64,000 nucleotides of DNA from Felis catus. Lineage: Eukaryota. How positions within the stretch are numbered: position 1 is the stretch's first letter; every line of letters starts with the position of its first letter. Below are positions 25,040 to 38,935 of this stretch, piece by piece. The notes beneath the pieces were generated by a model, which had not been told where the DNA came from, did no database searches, and saw only the letters and a list, made by a program, of their open reading frames with translations. The stretch spans positions 65,536,001-65,600,000 of the forward strand of contig NC_058368.1 in the NCBI RefSeq assembly GCF_018350175.1, given 5' to 3'. The translations under genes were made by a program, and so were the position numbers.

Positions 25040-25648
25040 GTCGTAGTTATGTTCTATAAAGTATCCTTGCACCCGGATCAGTGGACACTGAACTTCTGCC
25101 CTGGGGGACATGCAGGTTAGGTTCTGAGCCTCTGCTCTCAACATTTCATCAACTGTCAATGTATAACCTTTTTATTTGTTTATAAATACATATTTGATTT
25201 ATTAACACCGAACTCACGGTCTACAGCACAATAACTCAGCTGTGAATGAAGCTTATCTAACACACGTGATTTCCCAGTAAGGCACATCAAGCCTTCCTAC
25301 TCTAGGGACACCAGACATCAGCACCCCAACACAGCACTTGAGGGCCATGTTAAACAGCCAGATCACCAACAAAAAGCACAAAAGTGCAAAAAAGAAAATC
25401 AAAAAGGTGGCACTAAATAGGACACTACAGGTCACTTGTTTATGTCATGAGAGCTAAAACAAGGTAGAGAGTTGCCTTGTACGAGGTCAGCTGGAAACAG
25501 GAATGTGTGGTGACTCAAAACTTTGCCGCTCTGTGCATGTGTGTGAGTGACTGTAAGTGTGGTGGGCACTGATTTTGTGGTTACAAATAAATGTTCGCAA
25601 TTACACAAATTCACAAAAGCAGAATCTGCATCCGATGAGGATTGGCTG
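25040..25648 (-). mobile_element. MER82-like non-autonomous Tigger
   Basis: gtagttatgttctataaag...ggttaggttctgagcctctg...gtggcactaaataggac...gaatctgcatccgatgaggattggctg; shares both ends with 19160-20078. Confidence 0.75.
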
Positions 25649-27324
25649 CGTTTCCATTATAAAATAGCCCCGTTATTCCTGTTCCTGAAATTTGCACCTT
25701 GTGGTTACTCTCCTTTATCTCATTGTCCTTTTCCTGTTGTTACTGGGTACACTTACTGTCCAGGCTATTTCCTGTAGCTAGTAGGCCTCGCTGGAGGCAG
25801 TTTGTTTAGATAGGAGAAACCTGTCTATTGCTTGTTTGCATGGCTCCAAGCCCACGGGCCAGGGCCTGGAGAGATCTGCAGTAATGGTGTTAGGTAAAGG
25901 TTGGGAGCTCTCAGTTAAGCCTACAGAATATATTCTATAAGGAGTTCATTCGTCTTGAAGATTCTCAAAATTTGTTATGTTGTGTAGTTGGTAGATGGTT
26001 TTAAAGACTTTCAGCTAGCCAATAAAAAATCATATATTTTCTCTTGGGAAATATTGCACTTATCTTATTCCAGTAGGATTTATTCCCATAGGAAAAACTG
26101 AGAGTTCACTAAGTAGGTAGCTATTAGGAGATTGCTCAAAGCATCATGAAACTGGCACATCCAGAAGCAAGGAAGAGGTAAACGATGACTTTTCTATACG
26201 AGGCCAGCTTCCCCATGCACACTCTCATTCCCCTATGGGAAGGTTAGACATTTCTGGAGGCTACAATAGCTTTTCCAGGCCACCAGTGCATCTTTTAAGC
26301 TTTAATTTTTGAAATGGTACCCTAGAGATCTTATAATTGAGGCTCTAAGCAGACAATTAATGGTTCTATAACCCATTTATAAGGATGGTGGTTTCTATTT
26401 AAATACCCTGGCTCTAAATTTCTTTCCATTCACACTATAGTAAATGTGATTTTAGAAGCCTAGAGTGTGTTCAGGACTCCAAACTAGGGCTGGAGCGTTT
26501 ATATCCCTCTGTGTGAAGTATCCCTGAGAAGCATAAGAAGCCAGGTAGAAAGGTAGGAAACAGAAGTCCTAAGAGCAGCTCTGCCATTGTCTACTTGGAA
26601 GCCTTGACCAACCATCCTGGCTTTTTAGATTGATGTTGTAAGGGTCAGGTTACAGTCTCCTTCTCTTTCCTCATTTCCCCCCATTGATCGTTCCTTAATT
26701 TGGTGACAGTTTCTTTACTCCCTGTCACATATCAGACCTTAGGTACCATACCCAAATTTTCAAATCTTTTAGTCAAAGAAAGTGAACACCAGTTCCTCCT
26801 TTCCCTAAATACTGTAAGATACTTGGTATTATGATGAAACACCTTTGAAATAGCTATTTTAAAAATTCTGTAGCTCAACTCACTAAATACTTTATTCCAA
26901 TGAGCAGCTTCAGTCAGTGGAACTTCAATATTACGAGAAATGACATAGATATGAAATAACTAAGTGTTACGGATCTCTATATTATGATTTGTTGATCTTT
27001 TTTCTTTTGGTTAGTCAGTTTTGACCAAGGCCAGTAGAGTCTAAGATATTCATTATATGAGCTGAATTAGTATTCTCAAAAGATTGTTTTTTCTGCTCTG
27101 ACATGTGGAATATTTTTAGAACTATGTGTAAAAAAAAGATCACTTATCCTTTTTAGGGGGGATTGACCAAAATCTGAAATGTTTTTGTGTTTAATAAGCA
27201 CACTGATTAAATCTCTTCTCTCTCCCAACTACTCTGTATATCACTGAGTATATGAAAAAATAATGTCCTCTGTAGGTTAAAAGTCCAAGTGATTTAGTTA
27301 GGAGATAGCAAACTTGAGAAATAT

Positions 27325-28210
27325 AGTAGTCGTTCATTTGACAAATATGAATTGAGTGGCTTCTATGTTTTATGCACTGTTCTAACAAGCTAGGGATATA
27401 GCTTCTGGACTCATAGGCTTATATTCTAGGAGGGGGAGAGAGAAAATAAACCAATTAAATGAGTCATATAGAATTGCAAGCTGGTGATAAAGAGTATGGG
27501 AAGAAATAAGCAGCATAGGAGAATAAAGAGTGATGGGGAGTGTGATTTTTTTTTTGAGAGAGAGAGTGTGTGAGCAGGGTAGACAGGGGGAGAGAGAGAA
27601 TCTCAAGCAGACACCACCCTCAGTGTGGAGCTTGACACAGGGCTTGATCCCACGACCCTGGGATCATGACCCGAACTAAAATCAACAGTCAGATGATCAA
27701 CCAACTGAGCCACCGAGGCACCCCTGAAGGTGTAATTCTAGAAGGAATAGTCAAGAGTGGACAATATGACGTCAGTTGCCAATAGTACAATGGTGAACAG
27801 TACAGAACACAGAAGTAGGAACTGCCTGGGAATAGGGACATATGGTTGTTATTTACACTTGGGTGGTCAGGGAAGGCCTGACCAATGGGTGACGTGTCAA
27901 TAAAAAACACGGGGAAGTGGAAAGCAAGTCTTTCAGTCAGTATCCAGAGAAGAGTGTTTCTGGCAACGGGCGAATATGGTGCCCAGGGTGGGTGGGAATA
28001 TGCCTAGCATGGTGAAGCCAGGGTGGGGAGGCTTTGGGATGGCCAAAGGAAATAGAGAGGCTGGCTTGATACAAGATGAAGTCTGAGGAAAAGCAGGGAC
28101 TGGAATCACATTGAACCACAGAGGCTGGATTTTATTCTGAGACAGATGGAATGCCTTTGAAGTCTTGAGTGAAGGACAGAAATGATTTGGCTGCTGTGCT
28201 GAGATGTATT
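27325..28210 (-). mobile_element. L2 3' region, interrupted by a SINE
   Basis: cattttgacaaat-like L2 terminus at ~27335, ggtggtcagggaaggcct and ggattttattctgagacagatgg motifs. Confidence 0.7.
27546..27724 (-). mobile_element. CanSINE (older type)
   Basis: gagagaatctcaagcagac...ctgagccaccgaggcacccc. Confidence 0.9.
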
Positions 28211-28940
28211 GTATGAAAAGTGTACAACTTTAGAGCCCCAGCAGAAGTGGCCAAGGGGTGGTGAGCAAACCTTTCTGAGGGTAGGGAAGAAGTATCTTCA
28301 TAGACTTTGATGGGAATAGCAGAAGAAAGACATTACAGGTGGGGGTGGGGGTGGGTGGAATCTGGGCTAAAAGTTTTCAGCATAAAGCCTGAAGACTGGC
28401 CCCGGCCTGTGCTGAGGCTGGAGAATGTGTACGTTTGGGCCTCACTCTACTAATGTTGGGAGACCCTGAAGACTTGAAAGTGAAGGAGCTGCGTGGTCGC
28501 TTGTAGGAAGATGGCTTCACTAGCAAGATGGAGAATGAAAGATAACAGAGCAAAACCTCGGGAGCAGGAGGGAGGCAGGGGTCCCGGCGCACTTAGCCCA
28601 TGCCGGATGGAGTGGACAGAAGAGGTGGGTGCATTTGGAAGGTGTATATTGGTCCAAGTCATTTGAGTCAGACCTTAAGACTAAAAGAACATGCTGTGAG
28701 TTCATTGGAACGGCATACCTTTACAGGTGGAAAAACATTAGTGGCTGTTATTTACCAGGCACCAAATCTTGGACTGACATGTTAAAAGTGGCTCCCAAAA
28801 ATGAAGTATATTTTTCATTTAGCACAAATACCAGATGAATATACTGTAGTTGTCATTAAAACTATGAGAGCTGGGTTACTGTTGCCTCTCCAAATAATAT
28901 ACCGTGGTTAACATGGACCCACACACTGGTCTGCTGATTT

Positions 28941-29146
28941 TTTTTTAAAAGTTTATATATTTATTTTGAGAGAGACAGACAGCTTGAATGGGCTGGGGAA
29001 GAGAGAGAGGGAGACAGAGAATGCCAAGCCTGCTCCACACCGTCAGCACAGGGCCTGATGCGAGGTTTGAACCCACAAAACCGTGAGATCATGACCTGAG
29101 CTGACCCGAGTCGTACGGTTAACCGACCGAGCCACCCAGGTGCCCC
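28941..29146 (-). mobile_element. CanSINE
   Basis: TSD ctgctgat(t/g)ttttt on both sides. Confidence 0.94.
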
Positions 29147-31429
29147 TGCTGATGTTTTTCTTGAACAAAAATGCCACTGAGTACAAAAGAAAGAGCGAAC
29201 CTTCATTTAACTCAGTGCGCGATCAGAGAGCCAGCCCATTGTGAAAGTCTAGAACAAAGCACAAGTAAACATAATGCCTTCCATTGATCCATTAGCATGC
29301 TCAGGAAGAGAATTGCTTATTCACAACGATTATTATTTTCTCAATGCTTCTGTCTAAATATCTTCGGAAATACCAAGACAACTTGCCTGAAACGTGTCCC
29401 TGTTGTGCTTCAGAGGCACCTTTGGAGTAAAGGTTTAGCGCCATTTATTCAGTGTCGTTTGAACAGCAAAAGGAGTGAAAGACACACAGGTGCTTGTCAT
29501 TGAGAAAAAAAGAACTCTCAAATATTCATGAAAGGCCTGCTATTGCATTTTAATTTGCTGTAGGAAATTGCCTACTTTGTGAGTCATTTTTGCTTCGCAT
29601 AATAGTTCCGTCAGCTCAGTTTGGTTTCTGATTCTTAGGAGCCTGTGCAGATGCAGATTTCTCAGATTACCCAGTACACATATTTTTCTGTTGAATCATA
29701 AATTGAATTCTTTTCATGAGAAGGTAATTTATACTTTAAGGCATGTTTTTGTTAATAAGCCACGTATGTTTCTTTTGGTTCTCCTGAAATTAAAAAAAAA
29801 TTGTGTATGTATATATTTTTGGCTCCCCTCAAACCTATTTTGGCATAATTTTGGTTAGGAGAAAGAAGAACACGCTAGTTATTTCTGAGGTTATGTGGTT
29901 ACCGTAAGTGGATCAATTTTAGGAGGAAATTAAATTTGTAGCTAAATGGTTAGGTTGTTTAAAAAAACTGGCGTTATCCAGATGTTAGACAATAACATGC
30001 TGGAAGGATTTCCTATACATGAGAAAAGCAGGTGTCTGTACTGTCAGACGTATATTATATATCTAAGAACAGTGAGCTACCTTTTCTAAGACGTGTTTGA
30101 AAATCAAATAAAAAAAAAAACACTATTGCAGTGCCACATGTCCATTTAACTCTAGTGGATTAGCTACATTAGATGCTCCTGGCTGATCTACATTAGATGC
30201 CAGGTGGACCTGATTTTGCTAGCTATTGTCCTTGGGAAAACTGAGCCATTGCTGTAGACAACATTCCAAATTTGCTTCCCTAGGGTAATGGTGGATCTTT
30301 TCTTTTCATTGGCTTTCCCCTGGATGTAGATTGTACTGGTAGTAAAGAGAGGCAAGATGAACACTTTTGCGTATTCACCTCCTCCTTTTAATTGAAGTTA
30401 AGCTTTTTGGTCTATAATTGGATCTCCTCAAGAGAACAGCTCTTGCCACCTACCCAAGTCCTCCGATGTCCCTGGGATTTAGAAACCAACTACATTTACC
30501 TTTGAGCTTTTGTCTTCTCTTCACCTCCTGCCTTCCTTCCATTGTATGATTGTAAAATGCGTATGTTCAACATAAATGTAGCTAAAGAAAATTGGTGTCC
30601 TTTGCTCTGAAAATTTCTTGCAATTTTATCATTGTCATCTCATAATGCTCTAATTCCAGGTTTTACTTCTGTGCCTGGTAATTAGTAAATGTTGGTGTTT
30701 ACACAGTGAACCTTATGATGATCTGCTCTGCTGTGTTCATTAACAATGCAGCCAAGAGATTCAGAAGTAGAAGCCCAGATTTGGGCTTTAGGTAATTACT
30801 CAATAAGTCCTGCCCTCTGGTCATCTCTGAAGTCACTCCAAGAGCAGAGTTGTGGGGTTTGTCTGATGCTGGGCTCATCTGGTTAAACCTCTACTCCATG
30901 TAATCTTAATATTTTTCTAATCAGTCCTTCAATAAAGTCCTCCTATATGTTAAGAATCATCCTCACTGATGATTTTCCTAAGTATCAGACAAAATGACAA
31001 AAAGAGGGAATTAATCCTTTGCTGAGTAATGACACATTCATCTTGCAAGTGGTAACCACAGAGGCTTGGATTCTTTGAGCAGATTGGTCTACCAGAGATC
31101 TGTGTGTCAGGAGGAAAGCCATAGATACTCTGTGGGTTTAGAAAGATTTAAGTGCACTGAATCAATACAAAAAAGGGTCAACTATTGACTGTCTTAAGGT
31201 CTATTTCACCTTGTTTAAAGATGCTCCCAAAGCACAGTAAGGTCCATAACCACTCCATAACCTTGTTGACCAAGAGTAAAGAGACTCCAGATGTCTTAGG
31301 GCAAGAGCCTACAAGAATCCAGAAGCTACTTGATACAAGAAACTTTCAGGGCAGGGATGTGAACACATGATGAGTGTAATATATCTTTCCAGTGCATTTC
31401 ATATCATAGATAGACCTATGCAGTGGTCA

Positions 31430-31755
31430 TTAGAGCTGCTCACAAATGTATTGGTTGTCTTCTTTATGGGCACATGGTAGAATTTTATTTCACTGTTTCC
31501 TTTCTTAAGTTAGGTGTGGCTATGTGACATATTTCTCTATGAAATGTGAGTGGAAATGGAGGGTCTTGTTTCCAGATGGGAGTTTCAAGAGCCAGACTGT
31601 GATTTTGCCTTGAGAAGGGAACGAGCCAGCCTGAATTCTTGAGGGAATATGAAGGGCAGAGCTCCCTACCAGCCTGCACTGGACATAATCTTAGTGAGAT
31701 GTAAACCTTTGGGGCTGTTTGTGATCTGAAAATGACATCGGTCATCCTGACTATT
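31430..31755 (+). mobile_element. MLT1J-like MaLR LTR
   Basis: gttaggtgtggctatgtgac...gaaatgtgagtggaa...gtgagatgtaaaccttt...catcctgacta. Confidence 0.7.
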
Positions 31756-31889
31756 ACCATATTCTATAGCTTGTTAAAATTGTATAAAATAACACGTTAC
31801 CAAAGAATGATCAATTTTATTTTTACAGTACATTTAATAAACATGTATCCAGTGACTTCTTTTGGAGATGAATTGCAGTTTGCGTCTGC

Positions 31890-32045
31890 CTCTATTAATA
31901 GCTGGCTTCAGAACCTTGGGCAAATTATTTGAACTTTTTGAGCCTTAAATGTCTTTAGTTGCAAATGAGGGCAATACCGCTTACATAATAGGTTTTTTCC
32001 GAGGATGAAATGGTTAATTGTATATAATTCACCAAGCAAAATGAA
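31890..32045 (+). mobile_element. MIR fragment
   Basis: accttgggcaaattatttgaac...gcaaatgagggcaata. Confidence 0.6.
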
Positions 32046-32304
32046 CATGCAAAATATGTTTATTCTTACCCTTCCCCCTGTTAAATACTGCCTAGTGAGA
32101 GTTTGAGGTGTCATGTGAAGTATCTTATAGGAGTATCTTGCCCTCAAGTATCTTATAGGAGAGAATATAGATACAAATAACCCCACATGTAATACAGTGT
32201 AAAACTCACTACTTAGGAAGCACAAAAGTATTCCCTGATGATGATCTACTGTAGAAAAACCATACAAAAATCACCACAAGCTGGAAACATCCATACAAAA
32301 ATAC

Positions 32305-32306
32305 GA

Positions 32307-32350
<44 letters not shown>

Positions 32351-32352
32351 AA
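32305..32352. repeat. (GAAA)n microsatellite
   Basis: Seen directly. Confidence 0.97.
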
Positions 32353-34173
32353 AGAAGGGAAATACTGAGCAGCAGAACTCAGTGTTAAGTCAGTAAGTCA
32401 TTTTCTACAGAAATCCCAAGCTATTTCTTTTTAGCTGGTTCCATCAAAATCCATCTGGGGATCAACAGTTTTACTTACATTCAACGTTTCAACTTTCAGC
32501 TTACTTTCAACGTTGGTAAAAGCCCTTTTAGAACTTTGTTACTATAGAAGCTTGCCATGTGAAAAATTCATCAGCAGTGGGTTTGAAATCTTAAAGGTGT
32601 TATGTCTTTTAGAAGAGTGGCCAGCCCAGCAGTATCCAGAGTAGACTGAAGGTTTCACATCAAAGGAGAAATCTGCACAGCTCTGATGTTGTCAACCCTC
32701 TCCACATGCACGGTTTTCCACACTGCACCCATTTTTTCATGTTTCATTAGCAGCCTTATGTCTTATCCTTCACATCAAATGCTAGAGCAAGGACCCTAGT
32801 AATGAAGTCACTGAGCTCACCCTATTCATCGGATCTGGTTGTGGAGTCAAGACATTCTGGAGTGTGCAGGGAGAGGCTCTCCAGACAGTAAAGTTCTTAC
32901 GTTGCCAAATTACCAGGACCATTTGGTCAGAAGTGAGCATGGGTAATTGGAAACATCCTGAATACATTTTCTAAAGGACAATTACAGTTTGTCAACACCA
33001 GTAAAAGGTTTCTGGGGGAAAAAAAACCTAGAAAACAGCAGGAGAAACTGGTTTCGGGGGCAAAAAGTTATAAAAGTAAGAAGAGAAGAATGCTTTCAGG
33101 ATAGAACAACATGGGGATACACTATCATGCACAAATCGATGTGTATAAAGCCAAAAAGATGTTTATTTTGCAGTTTTATATTTCCTTATCCACTAAGAAC
33201 AGCAGGTGGAGAGGAACATGAAATATGGAATGGAGATTTAGCTGCCTCTGGCCCCTTCTGAATCCTTAAATTATAAAGTCGCCTGCAGTGTGTGTAGTGG
33301 GTGGATAGGAATGGCTGTTAAAGAGGTTGGTAGATGGTTTTCCAGAAGTCTCATTGGAATAGGAGGGTCATGGCCATCAGTAGATCAATCAGGACATATG
33401 TCGTGGGGCCAAAGCCAACCATTAGTACAAGGAGACTTTTGAATAAATCTCCTATACCGGGCAGTGCAGAACTCTCCCACACTTGCAAAGGGAAATGTGG
33501 ATTTTAAATGAAAATCACTTTGAGCTCACCTGTTGTTATTTTTGGCTGCATTCATAGGCAGAGAGAATTACTATGTAGTATTGTCACCAAACTCCAAAGG
33601 GAAACATGAGCTTTAATAAGGCAGCAAAAATCACCTGCTACTTCTCCTACTGTACTTCATATCTTAGAAACATCTTCTTTCATCACAAGGTTGATGGAGT
33701 ATCTAAAAAAGACTGGATATAGTCTTTGGAGGAATAAAATGTAAGATAATGAATTATTTCTTGCTTCACATTTAATTTCCATGGCACTTTGAAAGCAATG
33801 TGTTTTCAAGGCTAACTCTCCTTTCAGGCAACTTGATGATAAGATGTACTAAATTTTCATATCCTCAACTTGAAAAAATTAATCTCTTTTAGATTGTAAT
33901 TGCTTTGGATTTAATCTTAAAGTTTATGACTGTAATTTTCAGATGATGTGAATCACTCTGTGGAGGTTTTGTTAGTCATTTGTTTGGAATTAGATTTTTT
34001 CCATTTGCCGTAATTAATTCATTCACATTTGGTACTCTTTGCATTTTTATGTTCTTTATATTTTATTTTGGGGAATTAATTTGGAGAAAAATTAACTCCA
34101 ACTAGACTTTGATGGTGGCTGTTATTTTTTAGTCGTACCAGCCCAGAGTTGCATTTAAAAAATAACTATTTCC

Positions 34174-34352
34174 GGGGTACCTGGTGGCTCAGTCAGTTGA
34201 GCGTACAACTTCAGCTCAGGTCATGATCTCGTGGTTCGTGAGATCAAGCCCCACAAGGGGCTTGCTGCTGTCAGCACAGAGCCTGCTGCAGATCCTCTGT
34301 TCCCCTCTCTCTGCCCCTCCCCCACTTGTGCTCTCTCAAAAATAAACATTTA
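34174..34352 (+). mobile_element. CanSINE
   Basis: Head, body and tail; diverged TSD taaaaaata..tatttc. Confidence 0.92.
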
Positions 34353-34679
34353 AAAAATATATTTCATACTTTTGTTCCAACCATCAACATACCGTGAGTT
34401 TTCACCTGTCTCTGTACTTGAACAAGAGTTCTTGATAACTCTGATGAGTGGTAAGCACCTTTCTTTGGGTAGAGTGATAAGGAGTAACATGAAAAACATC
34501 TTAAAGTTAGGTAAGCTCTGTCTTTAAACCAGACGCAAGTCAGCAATTTTAATCTACTTAATGCATTTCAGTGGATGTTTTTGTGTTTCAGCAAATTCCC
34601 CTCTTTCCTAATTTTAGTTTTCAATAATACTCAGGGATTCAGTTGAAGGGTACTTTTATTTTGCTATTATTCTTTCCCC

Positions 34680-34830
34680 CATCTTTATTGATGTATAATT
34701 AACACATAAGAAGGGTATTATTTAAGGTGTATGATATAATGGTTTGATATAGGTATACATTGTGAAATGATTACCACAATCAAGCTAATTAACACGGCCA
34801 TCACCTCGCATAGTAACCTGTGTGTGTGTG
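34680..34830 (-). mobile_element. L1MA-type 3' end fragment
   Basis: ctttattgatgtataatt...tatacattgtgaaatgattaccacaatcaagctaattaacac. Confidence 0.8.
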
Positions 34831-35329
34831 TCGGGGGGGAGGGTACCCCATAGAGAGAGAGATCTGGCAAAAGTGTAAGATACCTGTTACAGCCAGGTGG
34901 TAAATTCATGGAGTTTTGAATGTCAGATTCTTTCGTTTACTGAACAGTTTTAAAGTCTGTCTGGGATACCAAGACTCTTTTAAGGGAGTCCAAAGATACA
35001 GGAGCCAATAGAGATTTCTGTCTGTGAGAGGGAAAATGGTAGTGGTTAGATGCTGCTTCCTCTCTGAAGACCTCCCAAGATGGAGTTTTTGTCATTACTT
35101 TGTATCTCTTTTGGAGGCTTCCTGGCTTCTTTATCTCCTTTATGTGCCTGCTTCCAATGTATACCTATGTATGCACTTTCTCTTGAGCATAGATTGACCA
35201 TCCTCTAGACCTGTTGTCTCTCCTTCCCTCTCCTCTGCGTTTCCAATCTCTTGGTGGCACCACTGCTGTCCCCATTAAGGAAACCCCACCACCAACTTGG
35301 ACATCTCTTTCCCCCTTGCCTAACTTCTT

Positions 35330-35371
35330 TTTTTTTTTAATTTTTTTTTTAATGTTTATTTATTTTTGAGA
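35330..35371 (-). mobile_element. Tail-only (42-bp) CanSINE with 18-bp TSD
   Basis: Reverse complement of TCTCAAAAATAAATAAACATT-A-rich tail; TSD ccccttgcctaacttctt at 35312-35329 and 35372-35389. Confidence 0.9.
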
Positions 35372-35790
35372 CCCCTTGCCTAACTTCTTGAAAAGAGACC
35401 CATTGGCATCCTGACTGGGGCACCATCTAATATTTAAAATATGTATCACTGGACAGTTCCCAGCAATTACCTTAGTAAGCATTGAGTTTCCTCACAGTGA
35501 GCTGCAAAATAATGCTGGCAGATGGGAAGTCACACTCACCTTGGGACTCTGTTGGGCTTTTAGTTAAGTTTCTTTGAGCCTCAGTTTCCTCTTCTGCAAG
35601 TGGGGAATATAATAGGGCCTTTCACACAGAGTCTCAAAGAATCTAACTGGGATGCTTAAACAAGATGAAAGAGGTTATAATACTTTGTTTTCCAAGTAGT
35701 AGTATAAATTATATTTATTATTAAGGATTGTGTTGATTAGTAATGAAGTATGAGACATTATTATAAAATAAGCATATTTTTATGCCTACC

Positions 35791-36010
35791 AAGAGGTTGG
35801 CAAACAACGCCCAGTGAGCTGAACCCAAACCTGATCCCTGTTTTAGTAATAAAGCTTTACTAGAACATACCTGTACCCATTTGCTCGTAGATTGTGATTT
35901 GTTCACTCAGGCTGCATGGCAGAGTCTAGTAATTGTGATAGGGACCTTATGTACCACAAAGCCTAAAATATTTACTATATGTCCTTTTGCCAACAGTTTG
36001 CCGACCTCTG
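35791..36010 (+). mobile_element. MER58A hAT-Charlie MITE
   Basis: agaggttggcaaacaacg...aagcctaaaatatttactat...gtttgccgacctctg with inverted termini. Confidence 0.88.
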
Positions 36011-36100
36011 CCTAAGACAACTACCAACAAAATTGTAACTTTCTGGGTATCCTTCTAAATTCTTACTGACCACTCATCAGTTTAAATTATAAAACACATT

Positions 36101-36185
36101 GGGGCACCTGGTTAAGTGTCCAGCTTTGGCTCAGGTCATGCATGATCTCATGGTTCGTGAGATTAAATTAAATTAAAAAAAAACT
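36101..36185 (+). mobile_element. Head-only CanSINE with A-rich tail
   Basis: ggggcacctggttaagtgtccagctttggctcaggtcatg...ttcgtgag followed directly by an AT-rich tail. Confidence 0.7.
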
Positions 36186-38004
36186 TAAAAGAATACATTT
36201 TGGAACTTGACCCAACTTTTTTGTATATAATACCTCATATGTGCACATATGTGCATCTGGGTGTTTTTGCATGTACACACATCCATGCACGCACACCCTG
36301 TCTAGACAGACACCAAAGCGTTCCCCTGTAAAACGAGGACAGTTTCCATACATTGCCAATGTCAAAAGGCTTAAACGACATTTTGGTAGTTCAAGGATAA
36401 TATATAAACACTAAACAAAACTTTAATCTTCAATCTCAAAATCACAGTCCTCGTAATAGTGTCTTAGTTGATGGAAGGATGAAAAGTAAAGTGGAAACAC
36501 TTTAATTGCATTTATGTAGATTATTTTTCTGGTATGATTATGAAAGTTAATATATGCACCAGAGTGTATGTTAATATCACGATAAACGTTTTAGTTTAAC
36601 TGCATTCCAGTCTGATCAACTCTGTGCGGTAATGATACCTGCTTCTTCGTTGGCCAGTCTAACAGTCTAACAGATCAATGAGGTCTATTACAGTCATTCC
36701 CAATTCAGATGGTAATTAAAAGAAAGAATCTGAAAGATACATCTCTAAGTCACTCTATATGCCTTGTGAAATACAAAAAAAAATGTGAAAATTCAGTCTT
36801 TTAAAGAACACGTTGCTATAGAGTTTTTTTCTAACTGAAATGAATCTTGTCATCAGCTAAAACTGAAATGTATTTAATTGAATTTTATAAAATGAAACAA
36901 TGTAACCGTCCTCTGAAAGACATATTTGACATCTTAATTTTCTTGCCTATTCTAACATAGAAAGTATCAGCTCTTCATTCATCACAGAGCTTTTACTAAA
37001 CTTTAGTATGTAAGCTTATGATGAATGATTAAGACACACCAGGCCAACTGGGAAGACTCTAGCTTTCATTTGCAAGAACCATAAAAAGCTTTGACTTGCA
37101 GCTGTTAGAAGCAAGTTAAAATATTATCAGAATACCACCAACTTGCAAAGCACAGCTGATATATTACTGGTGACTGTGTAAAATTATAGCATTGTCCAAT
37201 CCAGGAACCAGATGGCCCATCTCCCTTGATTTGAGAAGTGCTGGGTGACTACAAATTTTACTTGCTGCCCTAGGCTTTACTTTTTCTTTTTAACGACTGG
37301 AATCTCAGTTTTAGATTTTGTGAAGTCTATGCCAGGTGACAAATACGAATGTTACCAAGTCACTTTCTCAAAAAATTCATTAATTTCCTTTAACCAAAGG
37401 ACTGGTTGCAAGTAAAAATAAGATTTTGATCAGTACTAGTCTTGCTTGGAAGAAGTCAGTAAGGATTCATTCTCACAAGCCAATTTGCCAAAATAGACTC
37501 TTAAAAACTTGAGAAATTTTAAAAACACTTAAATTTTGGAAAAAAAATCTTTCTTTTTAAAGCCGAGAGACATAAAGACTCTTCATGTTTTAATCCTTCT
37601 TTGAAGGCATGTGCTTTTGGGTAAGTGAGTGGCATGTAGGTTAACATATGCAAGGTGGAAAACATGTCATTGATTTGGGAATCTGTTATAGCAGGTAACC
37701 TACGTGGATGAGATAAAGGATGCAGATGTGTAGAGAACACATTGGGGGCAGGAACTCCACCTGTCTGCCTGTGCCTTAGGAACTAATGAGTTGGCCCTCA
37801 GGATTTTTTTTATTTGATCCCCCACTGTTGGTACTGTAAAGGGGTTTTTCTGTATTGAAAAATATAGGTCATTAAGGCCAACATTTGGTTGATTCTGGTA
37901 GTTGTCCTAGTTCTCTGAGAATAGCTTGGGCCAATATTAATTCCAGGTTTAAGGGTTTACTGTCAAAGTTGTGTTAACCTGATGACTGTGCTTTTGTCTC
38001 CCCT

Positions 38005-38439
38005 TTTTTTAAAGTTTTTATTTTAGTCACCCATTGCTCATCACAAGTACACTCCTTAATCCCCATCACCTACTTAACCCTTCCCTCCCCCCCCCCCCAA
38101 CCATCAATTGTTCCCTATTGTTGAGTTTGTTTCTTGGTCTCTCTCTTCTCTCTCTCTCTTTCTCTCTCTCTTCCCATTGCTCATTTTGTTTTTTGTTTTT
38201 TGTTTTTTTGTTTTTGGTGTGTGTGTGTTATATGAGTGAAGTCATATGGTATTTGTCTTTCTCTGGCTGACTTACTTCAGTTAGCATTATACTTTCCAGC
38301 TCCATTCCTGTTGTTGCAAATGGGCAAGATTTCATTTTTTTATGCCTGAATATCTATATCTATATCTATATATTAATAAATATATAGCATATATATTGTG
38401 AATATATATTATATATTTATTAATATACAATATATGTAG

Positions 38440-38502
<63 letters not shown>

Positions 38503-38935
38503 ACTTCTGTATCCACTCATCAGTCATTGGATGAACACCTGGGCTGCTTCCGTATCTTGGCTATTGTAAATAATGCTGCTATAAATATAGGGGTTCAGGC
38601 AACACTTAAAACCAGTATATTTTTTCCTTCGGGTGAATCACCAGTAGTGTGATTCCTGGATCATAGGGTAGTTCTATTTTAAATTTTCTGAGGAACCTCC
38701 ATCCTGTTTTCCAGAGTGGCTGCACCAGTTTGCATTACCATCAATAGTGCAAGAGGGTTCCTTTTTTCTCCACATCCTAGCCAACACCTGTTGTTTTGTA
38801 TGTTGTTGATTTTAGCCATTCTGACAGGTGTGAGGTGACATTGCATTGTAATTTTGATTTGCATTTCCCTGATGATAAGTGATGATGAGCATCTTTTCAT
38901 GTATCTGTTGGCCATCTGGATGTCTTTGGAGAAAT
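38005..38935 (-). mobile_element. Carnivore L1 3' end with internal (TA)n
   Basis: ORF2 remnant [24 protein letters not shown]...[10 protein letters not shown]; carnivore 3' UTR. Confidence 0.92.
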
